64,000 nt of DNA from Octopus vulgaris (Eukaryota): contig OX597822.1 of NCBI GenBank assembly GCA_951406725.2, forward strand, positions 79,608,001 through 79,672,000, read 5' to 3'. The position numbers and the translations under genes are program-made. Each line of letters starts with the position of its first letter. The stretch's first letter is position 1. Shown here piece by piece: positions 1 to 11,229 of the stretch. The notes below the pieces were generated by a model. The model saw nothing but the letters and a program-made list of their open reading frames with translations. It did not search any database and was not told the DNA's origin.

Positions 1-726
1 TTTTTCATCGACCACAAATCTTAACTTCCCAAGCTAACCTGTCATATCTCTCGACTTTTCTTTCTTCATTATCGCATACCTTGTTGTCAGCTGGGTATGC
101 TATGTCTATAATCCAGCATAGTTTGTTTTCTTCCACAATTAAGACTATGTCCGGCTTCTTATTCTCAATCTCATGGTCACACTGAATCATAAAATCTCAG
201 AGGATCTTTGCATTTTTATTTTCGACGATGCCTTCGGGATGTGGTCGTACCAATTTTTTGCTCTGTCAAGTCCATACTTGTTGCAGAGTGTCCAATGGAC
301 AAGCCTGGCTAATGGCGTCTCTTATATTCCTTCTGGGCTAGTGACGTACATTGGCTGGTAATATGCCATACGGTTTCACCGTTTTGTCCACAGATTCTGC
401 ACTTATCACTTTCTGCTGTGTTGTCTATTTTGTATTTTATGTAGTTTGTTCTTAGTACTTGCTCCTGAGCAGCACAGATTAGAGCCTCCGTTTCCGGTTT
501 TAAATCCCTTTTAGTCATCCACAGCTATCTATTTTCTCCGTCTGTCTTATCTTCAAAATCCCTATGAAATTGACCAAGCATTATTTTCTTTACCCACCTA
601 TTTTCAGTTTCATGCATTTTCAATTTCTTGTATAGTGCTTTATCTTTGTAATCTTTCATCCTACACAAGCCTCACCTTCTTACTTCTAATAATAGCGGTT
701 CTGTGGCATTTTTTTACATACCATGC

Positions 727-727
<1 letters not shown>
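1..727 (-). mobile_element. R4/Dong-like RLE non-LTR retrotransposon fragment (subfamily B), degenerate
   Basis: Minus-strand pieces encode ETEALICAAQEQ, the CCHC finger CRICGQNGETVWHITSQC, RRH and the RLE motif KPDIV..IIDIAYPAD. Near-identical to 10183-10870. Abuts (TAT)n. Confidence 0.85.

Positions 728-796
<69 letters not shown>
728..796. repeat. (TAA)n microsatellite between two Dong-like copies
   Basis: Pure TAT repeat seen directly. Confidence 0.95.
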
Positions 797-1607
797 GTCA
801 TTTACTTTTAATCTGCATGTTTGATGCAATCACCTGCCGGGGCACACCCAGCGCCCTAGGGCAAGTGAAGGTTAAGAGTTGTTGAAATATAGCTGAAAGC
901 TTGGGGAGGGGAAGTAGAGATATATCTCCATGTAATGCAAACACAAACATTTACATTGATAGGGTTTTTCTAAGGATGTGGGCAGTACTTGTTAGCACAA
1001 TCTTTTGGATTTCCTTGAGACATGGTTTTCCAGGGATATTGTCTAGGTGTTTCTGACATCCCTTTTTTATCATACCTAGGGCACCTACAATAACAGGAAC
1101 AGTTTTTGTTTTAAGATTCCACATCCTCTGTATTTCGATTTCCAGGTCCTTATATTTACTAAGTTTGTCAAATTCCTTTACAGATACATTTTTATCAGTG
1201 GGGACGCTTACTTCTATTAGTCTGCAGGTATTTTCTTCCCTGTCTTTAACAATTATGTCTGGTCGCTTGGCCTTGATCGTTCTGTCAGTGTTGACTGGAA
1301 AATCCCAGAGGATGGTGACATCTTTACCTTCAACAACTGGCTGAGGATGGTGTTCATACCAGTTAGTAGGAGTGTCGGATTTGTAGTGTTTACATATCTT
1401 CCAATGTATATACTGTCCTACCCTATCGTGGCGATTTTTGTATTCGTTTGGTGTCAGCACAGGACATCCCGAAACGAGATGGTCTATTGTTTCGTCAAAT
1501 GTGTCACAGAATCTGCATTTAGGGTCAGTACCGTTTCGGAGAACGTTAGCCTGGTAATTTCTGGTAAACAAGCTTTGATCTTGTGCTGCCATTATGAAGC
1601 CTTCAGT
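797..1607 (-). mobile_element. 5'-truncated R4/Dong-like retrotransposon (CCHC finger, RLE endonuclease, 3' UTR)
   Basis: ORF 951-1592 has AAQDQ, CRFC..HLVSGC, RHD, RPDIIV..IEVSVP..K..KY and ends HILRKTLSM. (TAA)n on both sides. Confidence 0.9.
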
Positions 1608-1781
<174 letters not shown>

Positions 1782-1877
1782 ATGGGTGTATGACGTAGTG
1801 GTTAACAAACATACATACATACATACATACATGCATACATACATACATGCATACATAATGCTTATATTTATACATAC

Positions 1878-2490
1878 GTAATTTGGGATAGAGAAAAGAA
1901 ACTGCACAGTTGTGAAAATTAGCTGCCCAGCGGATGTTAACATAAAGCTGAAGATCAGTGAAAATGAGAATACCTACGCTGAACTATTGAGAAATCTGCA
2001 ATTACTCTATCCAGATTACTAGTTCAGGTTTATATCTATAATTATTGGAGCCCTGGGATACGTAACACAGTGCCGAAATACCTATCTTGAGAAATTAGAC
2101 TTTTCAATACCAGAAAGGAGGAAGCTAATTCGAAGACTGCAGATCCAATCTGTCACTGGAACTGTAAAAATCTGGTAAACTTTCCAGAAGTTTTTCATTT
2201 ATATATATATGCAACTATATGCATGAGAATACATACATAAAACATACAAATCTGCACATCCATCCATCCATCCATCCATCCGTGCATCCATCCATTCATA
2301 CATACATACATACATACATACATACATACATACATACATACATACATACATACATACCTTATTGTTGATGTTGAAATTTCAATGAAGGAGCCTTGGATCT
2401 AGGTTAGAAACCAATTCTTTGTCTATTGGCAAGAAATATTGAAATATACTGAATAATAACATATATTCATACATACATACATACATACAT
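1878..2490 (+). mobile_element. 3' fragment of a (TACA)n-associated RLE retrotransposon
   Basis: Frameshifted translation IWDREKK/VVKISCPADVNIKLKISENENTYAELLRNLQLLYPDY. 3' UTR matches 40200-40890. (CATA)n upstream, inside and downstream. Confidence 0.75.
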
Positions 2491-4472
2491 GTATGTATGT
2501 ATGTATGTATCCCACAGGCGCACAAAAAAATACCTGCACGTGTGCGCCAATATGTTCTTATATAGCTTTAAAATTAAGCGGTCTACAACTTGCCGAGAAC
2601 TACTATGTTTCCCAACCGACCAGAAACATTACCTCCCTCTCCTTCCCCCACTCCTAACAAATTCTTAATTGACACAACACCTACATCTTCTTTGTCTTTG
2701 ACTCTGTTTAAAAGTATTTACTGGTTGCCACAATATATTTACTTATATATTCTACAGTAGATCCCAGCATATATTTACAAATATATTCCCCTAGATAGCT
2801 TCAAAAATACCAAAGTTTCCCCCTACTCGTCCCCTCACATTTTCATATTCTTATTCTTTTCCTTAACAAAGTTAAATATTTACCCCCTCCCATATATTAC
2901 TTCTTCACAGATATGCCTTCCCTTTTCTTCCCAATTTCTATGCTTTCCACGCATTTTCGATCGAATCTGTTGCAAGTCAACATGAGATCCCTTGACGAAA
3001 ATGTTAACTTCTTTTGATTAATGTATCTTTGGCCCGACAGCTACCTAGCACACTACCCCTCGTTTAGAAAATTACTACTTCCGAAGTTCTGATAGCTATG
3101 AAACATATATAGCTTGGATTTTATCAGCTTTGTTCCCTAGGATAAAAACAAAAGACGAAGACAGGTGAAGGAACAAGCACCTGTATTAGTTTAACGCTCG
3201 GGAAGAATGGAAAAGTGTTTGATTTTCAGAGCCTATACTCTTCGACAGGATGGATTAAGAGAGAAAAAAAAAAGACAGTGAGATAATGAAAAGATAGAGA
3301 GAGAAAAAATATGTAGGAAGTAACGCAGTGATTGTCAACTTTGTTTTTCCCAGTGGCACACCATGGAACACACGAAAAAATAGCGGTACACCTGGCTAAA
3401 CATATATGAAAAATATTTGAAGTTTGCAAAATAAAAACATGATAAGTTATAGACGGCATACAACAGTAGACATAGACTAGCCATAGACACATAGAATGAT
3501 TCAAACTAAATAGAGAAAAATACAAACATGAACTTACTTTATTGCAGTGTTTCGAATTTCATTTGTCAAATAGCTGGCTTCTTTAGTGAGTAATTTGTAC
3601 CTGGCTTTTATTCGTAATTTCCTCAATGTCTGGTCGAATATGATACAGACACACCCTCATTTCTTGTTCTGTTGTATGTAATCTCTCATGCTTATTGCTT
3701 TTGATGTTGTTTAATGCTGAGAAGACTAATTCACATACATAAGAAGTTGAAAATTGTAATAAAATTGCTAAAGCTCTTTTACATACTCCCCTTGAATTGA
3801 AATCCAAAACGAATCAATGGGCAGAGTCGAATATTTTAATTCTAACCCGTGGTCACAAGAAAAGATGGCCAATTCTTCTTCTTCCTGTGACTCAAGCTCA
3901 ATGCTGGAAGAATTCTTTATGAAAAGATCCAATCGTACTTTTCTGTCTTTAATGACGGAAAGTAATTGTTGATGCTTTCGTCCAGGGCTCTCAGATGAGT
4001 AACCACAATAGGGATAATTTCATAGGGATCAATGCAGTTAGAACGCAATAAAGGAAACATATCAAGACTACCAGTGATTGCTCTTTTTTTCCAAATCACA
4101 ATTTTCTTTTTGAGAATAACTAGCTTGTCTGTTGAAGTGAGAATATTTTCGTTTTTACCTTGCATACTGCTATGTTTGTTTTACTTAGTTCACTAAATAT
4201 CTATGTTAGGTATTCCATTTTAGACATCCTAAATTCGCAACTAAGATATTCACAAACTTTCTCCTGCTTTTCCTGGAGAAAAAATTGGTAGTAATTCCTT
4301 GTGCAGTTCGTGAACACGATTTAGTACTTTGCTTTTCGCCAGCCAGCGAATCTCAATGTGCATTAATAACATAACATACTGAGGATCCTTCACTTTGCAC
4401 AGTTGTTCAAATAATCGTGACTTCAATGGCCTACATTTTATACAATTGACCATTCCAACAACTTGATGTAAC

Positions 4473-4723
4473 CAGTGGCGGACTGAATCTAAAAATATTG
4501 GTTGCCAGGGGACTAAGGGGGCTCAGCCGCAACTACAGTGCTATCGCTTAATTTATTTTGTTAAAAGTATTCTTTTCAACTGTCTATAAACACAGCCAGG
4601 TTCAAATAATTGATTCATTCTTCCAGGAATGAATTAAAAATTCACTTAGATACTATATGAATTCTAATGGCGCAGGGTTCCGCTTATATTGGGCAAGCTG
4701 GTAACGTGGCCAGTCCGCCACTG
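4473..4723. mobile_element. hAT-type MITE nested in the transposase
   Basis: 13-bp TIR CAGTGGCGGACTG/CAGTCCGCCACTG with perfect 8-bp TSD GATGTAAC (4465-4472, 4724-4731). Confidence 0.92.
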
Positions 4724-5544
4724 GATGTAACACAACCTTTAAATCTTCCTTCAATATTTTTGAAACAAGAACTTCTCTATGTAGAAAGCAATTAGTACGA
4801 ATGAGATCTGGATCTTCTTTTTCCACGAAAGATACAAATCCTTTAATACAGCCTGTCATACATGGGGCTCCAACGGTACAAATGCCAACACAGGATCTCC
4901 AAGACAACTTCATTTCTTTGAGGTAGCCTGTTATCAAATCAAAAATATCTTGACCTCTTGCAGTTGTAGACATTTCTTTACATCACAAAAAATGATTATT
5001 TCATTCTCGTCAATAAAACGTACAAATGCAAGCAATTGACTGTTATTACTGATGCCAGTGGTTTCATCCACGGTTAAAACAAAATTAGAATCCTTAAGCT
5101 TTTTCTGAACATTGTCTTCAATAATTTTCGATATATCTAAGATTCTTTTACGTATTGTATCATTTGAAAGCTGGATATTGTTCAATTCCTTCTCAGCCTT
5201 TTCACCAAACATGGATTTTACCATCTTTTTACAAGCTAGGAGGATGACTGACTTAGCAAGCGTGTGGGATTTAGATGTTAATGCCACCTGAATTGACGCT
5301 AGCTGGGCTCGTTCATACACGGTCATTATTTTTTCAAAATAACTTCGCCGGTTTGTTTTCTGCTCTAACAGTTTTTGAAAAATAATCAAGTTTTTCATCT
5401 TTCAGCAATGAATGTTTTGAATTAAAATGTCTTTCTAACTTACTTGGTACTATGGATTCATTTGACATTGTTTCACCGCATATTACACATGATGGACTTG
5501 GTTTGTCAATGACACCAGACCAATAAAATTCAAATTTCAAATAA

Positions 5545-5681
5545 TTTTCGCCGAGGTCGACTTTGCCTTTCATCCTTTCGGGGTCGATAAATTAAGTACC
5601 AGTTGCGTACTAGGTTCGATCTAATCGTCTGGCCCCCTCCCCCCAAATTTCGGGGCTTGTACATAGAGTAGAAAAGAATAT
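5545..5681 (+). mobile_element. SINE family 1 (Nin/Deu-like central domain), partial
   Basis: GGTCGACTTTGCCTTTCATCCTTTCGGGGTCGATAAATTAAGTACCAG recurs at about 21670-21860(-), 37360-37570(-), 51600-51785, 53925-54100, 61180-61325 and 63870-63932(-). Domain name is from recollection. Confidence 0.8.
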
Positions 5682-6773
5682 TGTCGATTAAGGTTCATCT
5701 TTTCTATACAATAGAGGTTGTTGGTTGTTCACCTCTGTACTTAGACTCATCACTGATATCTTTCCTTTTCAAATATTTATCCATTGTGAAGGCTCATGAA
5801 ATATCAATATGACAGTTTTGGGTAGGATTGTCTATATTGGGATAACAGAGTCTTTCGGTTCCACAAAACCTTCTCTTTCGAGTACAAACACAACAAAACA
5901 ATAAAAATATGTCTTCCTACCTAAAATTGATGTTTTATGAGACCATGTTTAGCTGGAAATCAATTTTCGATGTAGTCCGCTATTGATCATTGAGCGCGTT
6001 GTGCACCTATTCCACGACGTCAAACTTAGGGTCGATCATTTCTACAAATAATAGACTTAAACTCAGGACATAATAATGAAATGAATGGTTCCGTGAAAAA
6101 AGTCGTAACTGTTGTTCCCTGAACGCCTGCCCTTTAGATAGTCAGTGCTCACGCAATAATGTAGTGTATAAATGTGAGGTAAGCACTCTAAAAGAGCCTA
6201 AAAAAGAGTATATTAGGAGTTCCACGATTTTCAAGTATAGGTATAGAGCGCATATAAATTCATTTATAAATACTGGGTCAAAAATCTCAGCTGCCTCGGC
6301 CCATTTATATTAACAAATAAAAGAATAGCAATAAAACATACACCTTAAAATGGTCAATTATAGGTGAGTATATTCTATATAATACTCACACAAAAGCAGT
6401 AAATTATGCTTAAAGGAAGCTGTTAATATATTAAGAACTGACAAGAAATTATTGCTTAATATGATCTCTGAGGTTTTGATCTCCTGCCGACACAATCTTC
6501 TTTCAATTTTTAAATTGTTTTCAGTTTAATAAAAAAATATATATGCTGATTAGGTTTCCCTGTCTAGTTTTTGACTTACACTGAATGTTATTCTTGCATA
6601 TGACTTAGAATAGCTATATAAGATTTCTTCCGTCTTTAGTAGTCATACGATATGAAAGTTTATTTTATGCTTAGGCACTCCGGATTTTTGAGATTTTTAT
6701 ACTTATTTACAATTTTTACATCACTGTTTGAAACTCGAAACTTTAAACATTTGAAACTCTTTTATAATTACGA

Positions 6774-6855
6774 ATCTCTGATGAAGGAAATGTGATTACC
6801 GAAGCTGAAAAGATGAATCTACCTTTTTGCACGTTCCTTGAAACGGCCGTAAGAT
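6774..6855 (+). ncRNA. Type I hammerhead ribozyme in a PLE pLTR
   Basis: ATCT-CTGATGA-AGGAA...TTCCT-T-GAAA-CGGCCG-TA-AGAT, with palindromic stem III typical of PLE hammerheads. Confidence 0.8.
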
Positions 6856-7085
6856 GTTTTTCTTATTATTTGATTCATTCGAGGACTTCCTTTTAAATCA
6901 CTGTTATCTTATCCGGTATATGTATATGGACGCTGTCATCCAACCTTGATTTTGATTGGGATTTTATGGAGAAATATATACGGAATAATAAATATATATA
7001 TATTGTTATAGTACCGGCTTGAATATGTTTTGGTTTTGACCAGGAATAACTTGATACGTGAATCTGCCTTCTCTTTATTGAATTT

Positions 7086-7122
<37 letters not shown>

Positions 7123-7199
7123 AGAGATACAACGTTTTTGCAGCTCCATAGTCCTTGTCATAGTCTTTGTTCAAGATCATTCCCTGTAGTTTAACCACT

Positions 7200-8715
7200 A
7201 CCCCACTCTTTCATCCTGTATTCACACCCGTCGTATCAGCAATAATCATTGGGTTTGCGCCTCATGAGTACAGCTTTTTGTTCTCAGCATTGTACCATTG
7301 ACCGTGAACTTTGGTTATGGTTCATCGATGACGTCATTTTTGTCTGGGAAGGATCGCAGGATACTTTAATTGACTTCTTGCATTTCTGTGACTGTTATGC
7401 TAAAAACTATATTTACGTCCAGTTTTTCAAAAACTAACGTTGAATTTTTGGACACAAAAGTTAAGTTTTCTGGAAGCACAATAATGACATAGTTATTTTG
7501 TTAGGCCACGTCATCCGACATTTATCTCTGCCGCCGCTCCGATCATCCACATCAAATTATTCAGTCATATCCGAAATCCCAATTTTTTAGGATAAAACGG
7601 AGGGGATTACTGGAAACATGCTTTTGTACTTCATGTCAAACGAGGTTACAGTAAATCATGATTAAAGGAAATAGCAAATGAAATAGCTAAGATTACAAAA
7701 GATAGGCAAACCTTCAGGTATAATTTTAGCAAGCGCAATACAATAGATGACAGAATTCCTTTAGTGATTAACTGTCACGAAAATTTCGCTGGCATTTCAA
7801 AAGTGTTGCATGAAAGTTACCAGCATGTGGCGAAAAATTATCCTCGTTTCAAACAGATATTTTCTCACCCGCCTATTGTCGCCTTTAGACGGAATAAGAA
7901 TATAAGAGAATTATTGAACTCTATTTCTGACTCCAAAGTGTATCTGTACGCAGTACCTTGAAAAACAGCCGCAAGAGAGGTAAGCCCTCTTTATTGTGCG
8001 ACATGAGTCAAGTGGATATTATTTATACAGAAGGTGGGACAAGTAGAGATTCCCATTTGGTGTACGTGGCAGAATGCACGAAACACAACTTGATTTATGT
8101 TTGTTGTACAAATGAACAATTGAACAAAAGATTTAATAGGCACAAATATGACGCCAGGCACAATAACAGTAGTTCAACAGAACTTGCCGAACATTTTGCT
8201 TTAAACGTCTGCAATTTTGAAAAAAAACTTGAAAGTGCATATTCTCAGAAAATATTCTGAATCTGCTTCACTTTCACTTTTCAAAATGCATGAGGAGAAA
8301 TATGTTTGCGGGTTATTAACACCACGTCCTGGAGGAATGAATAAAATGATAGGAGAATATCATCAAATTTATACAAAACTGATTCATAAAATATCCTTCT
8401 TTCTTTTCCTTTATTTTTTTTTCTTTCTTCTTTCTCTCTTTTTCTGTCTTTTTCTGTCTTTTTCTTTTTGCCTGTTATGAAATTGAAACTTAAAGACTGA
8501 TGATGCCATTCCATCAAGGTGTGGACGCTGGTTGCTCCCGTTCATACTTTAAATTAAATTTCTGTAATTCTGAATTTTTATCACCTCTTATTTCGAACTC
8601 GACAAAGACAGACTTACTGTCGAAATATCGTTGAACCAATAAAATATCAATTACAACTGAATCATGCTGTTCGTCTTGACTGTTTACCTTTGTGACGAGT
8701 TACGGCATTCCTTTT
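7200..8715 (+). mobile_element. Degenerate Penelope-like element (RT C-terminus, GIY-YIG, pLTR)
   Basis: LWLWFIDDVIFVW, EFLDT, PPIVAFRRNKNI, HLVYVAEC..IYV, LNKRFNRH, LAEHF, P.GMN. Variant hammerhead at 8592-8635. Confidence 0.8.
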
Positions 8716-8721
8716 AAAATA

Positions 8722-8745
8722 TTATTACTATTGTTATTATTATTA

Positions 8746-8816
<71 letters not shown>

Positions 8817-8832
8817 GTTGTTGTTGTTGTTG

Positions 8833-8870
<38 letters not shown>
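8722..8870. repeat. (TAA)n/(CAA)n microsatellite
   Basis: Seen directly. Confidence 0.95.
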
Positions 8871-8873
<3 letters not shown>

Positions 8874-9922
8874 TAGTTTTATTTTTATTTTTATAGCGTG
8901 CTTTCACTTCACTACCGAGCACAGCTCTGTGTGCCTTGGGTATGTGCTGTGATTTGTTGTGATGCTCTGATGGTTATTGTATGGAAAGTGTTCTGCGTAG
9001 GATGTGTGCAGTGCCCAGTAGTGCAATTTTCTGTATGTTATATGTGTTTGTAAGTCCTGGTGTTTTTGTTATGTATTTGTCTGAATATTTTTTTATCATG
9101 CCTAATGCACCTACTATGATAGGAATTGTTTCTGTTTTCAGATTCCACATTCTAGTTACCTCTATTTCCAGGTCTTTGTATTTTGAGAGTTTCTCCATTT
9201 CTTTTAGAGACACGTTGTCATCTGCCGGTACTGATACATCAATTAGAAAGCATTTTTTTTCTTCATGGTCTCTGACAACTATATCTGGTCTGTTGGCCTT
9301 AATTTCTCTATCTGTGTGTATCGGCATATCCCAGAGTATGGTTGCTTTCTCGTTTTCTGTGACCTTTTCTGGTGTGTGCCTATACCATCTTTTTTCTGTT
9401 GTTATTCCATAATGTTGGCATAGCTTCCAATGTATGTAAGTTCCAACTCTGTCATGTCTGTGAATATATTCCTTCTTAGCCAGGACTGGGCAGCCAGAGA
9501 TAATATGATTTATTGTTTCTTGTCCATCTCCACATATTCTGCAGTTACTTGTAATATTTCTTTTCATTACATGTTTTTGGTAATTTCTGGTGGGGAAGCT
9601 TTGGTCTTGTGCTGCGATTAAAAATCCCTCTGTTTCTGCTTTGAGTCCTGAGCTTCTCAACCATTGCTGGGATTTTTCTTTGTCTATTTCTTTTGCGTTT
9701 CGTCCTGAGCTTCTCAACCATTGCTGGGATTTTTCTTTGTCTATTTCTTTTGCGTTTAGTCCTGAGCTTCTCAACCATTGCTGGGATTTTTCTTTGTCTA
9801 TTTCTTTTGCGTTTTGTCCTGAGCTTCTCAACCATTGCTGGGATTTTTCTTTGTCTATTTCTTTTGCGTTTTCTATTTCTTTTGCGTTTTCTATTTCTTT
9901 TGCGTTTTCTATTTCTTTTGCG

Positions 9923-9925
<3 letters not shown>
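8871..9925 (-). mobile_element. 5'-truncated R4/Dong-like retrotransposon (subfamily A)
   Basis: ORF 8974-9831 has ETEGFLIAAQDQ, CRIC..HIISGC, RHD and RPDIVV..IDVSVP..K..KY. (TAA)n on both sides. Matches 11227-12034. Confidence 0.92.
9645..9925. repeat. 4 x 57-bp plus 3 x 18-bp tandem copies at the 5' truncation junction
   Basis: 57-bp units start at 9645, 9702, 9759, 9816 and 18-bp units at 9872, 9890, 9908. All end in GCGTTT. Confidence 0.9.
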
Positions 9926-9976
<51 letters not shown>

Positions 9977-11110
9977 GCCTTTGCGCAGCTTCTAACGTTG
10001 GAGATGTACTACAATGTCAGCTGTTCACTATCAGTGAACACAGGTAACACCTCTTATCTTTCCAGCACCTTCCCGAGTATTCGAATGGTTGCAAGCAGTG
10101 CTGTTATCTGCAAGCAATACTGTTATCTGCAAGTGCTCCACCCTTACTGCAGCCCCTATTTGTTCCACTGCTACCTTTTTCCTCGACCACAACTGCTTAA
10201 CTTCCCAAGCTAACCTGTCATATCTCTCGACTTTTCTTTCTTCATTATCGCATAACTTATTGTCAGACGAGCATGCTATATCTATGATCCAGCATAGTTT
10301 GTTTTCTTTCTCAATTACGACTATGTCCGGTTTCCTATTCTCTATCTCATGGTCACACTGAATCCTAAAATCCCATAGAATCATTGCATTTCTATTTTCG
10401 ACGATGCCTTCGGGTTCCTGGTCGTACCAATTTTTTGCTTTGTCAAGTCTATACTTGTTGCAGAGTGTCCAATGGACAAGCCTGGCTAGTGGCGTCTCTT
10501 ATATTCATTCTATGCTAGTGGCGTACATATGCCATACGGTTTCACCGTTTTGTCCACAGATTCTGCACTTATCACTTTCTGCTGTGTTATCTATTCTGTA
10601 TTTTATGTTATTTGTTCTTAGTGTTTGCTCTTGGGCAGCACAGATTAGAGCCCCCGTTTCCGGTTTTAAATTACTTTTAGTCATCCACAGCCATTTTTCT
10701 CTGTCTGTCTTATCTTCAAAATCCCTATGAAATTGACCATGCATTTTTTTCTTTACCCACCTATTTTCAGTTTCATGCGTTTTCAATTTCTTGTATAGTG
10801 CTTTCATCCTACACAAGCCTAACCTTCTTTTATAATAGCTGTTCTGTGGCATTTTTTACATACCATGCTATGTTGTTTTCTTCTGCTCAATCCTGTGTTC
10901 GTATCCAGTAAGTACTCTTCCCACTCTTTTCTTGGTACATACAGTCTGTCTGTGTCACTTTATGGTTGGAGTGACCCATATTTAGTTAGCAACTTCCTTG
11001 TCTTTATGTCAAAGCCGTATAGTTCGTCTATTGTCCATGCGATTACCCCTGCTCCATATCTAAGGAGTGAAACCGCCCAGTTGTTGATAGATTCGATCTT
11101 ATTCCGTCCA
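9977..11110 (-). mobile_element. 5'-truncated R4/Dong-like retrotransposon (subfamily B), degenerate
   Basis: MHGQF, ETGALICAAQEQ, CRICG, ILWDFRIQCDHEIENRKPDIVV. (TAA)n on both sides. Confidence 0.88.
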
Positions 11111-11133
11111 TATTATTATTATTATTATTATTA

Positions 11134-11226
<93 letters not shown>
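11111..11226. repeat. (TAA)n microsatellite
   Basis: Seen directly. Confidence 0.95.

Positions 11227-11229
<3 letters not shown>

Larger units (their letters stand above)
3327..5780 (-). mobile_element. hAT (Buster/Charlie, ZBED8/SCAND3-like) DNA transposon, degenerate transposase
   Basis: Fragments include a BED-like CVICGETMSNESIVPSKLERH, LSNDTIRKRI, LTVDETT, CFLHREVL, IRWL, MQGKN and FSTSYVCELVFSAL. Terminal CAGTGATTGTCAAC at 3327. Multiple frameshifts and stops. Confidence 0.9.

Noticed and set aside
2520-3260. Possible PLE pLTR remnants with hammerhead-like words (CTGATAG..GAAAC; CTGTCGA on minus)
   Set aside because: Cores and stems are too degenerate to support a call.
9645-9925. 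CRISPR-like array
   Set aside because: No spacers, the units are retrotransposon coding sequence, and the context is eukaryotic.
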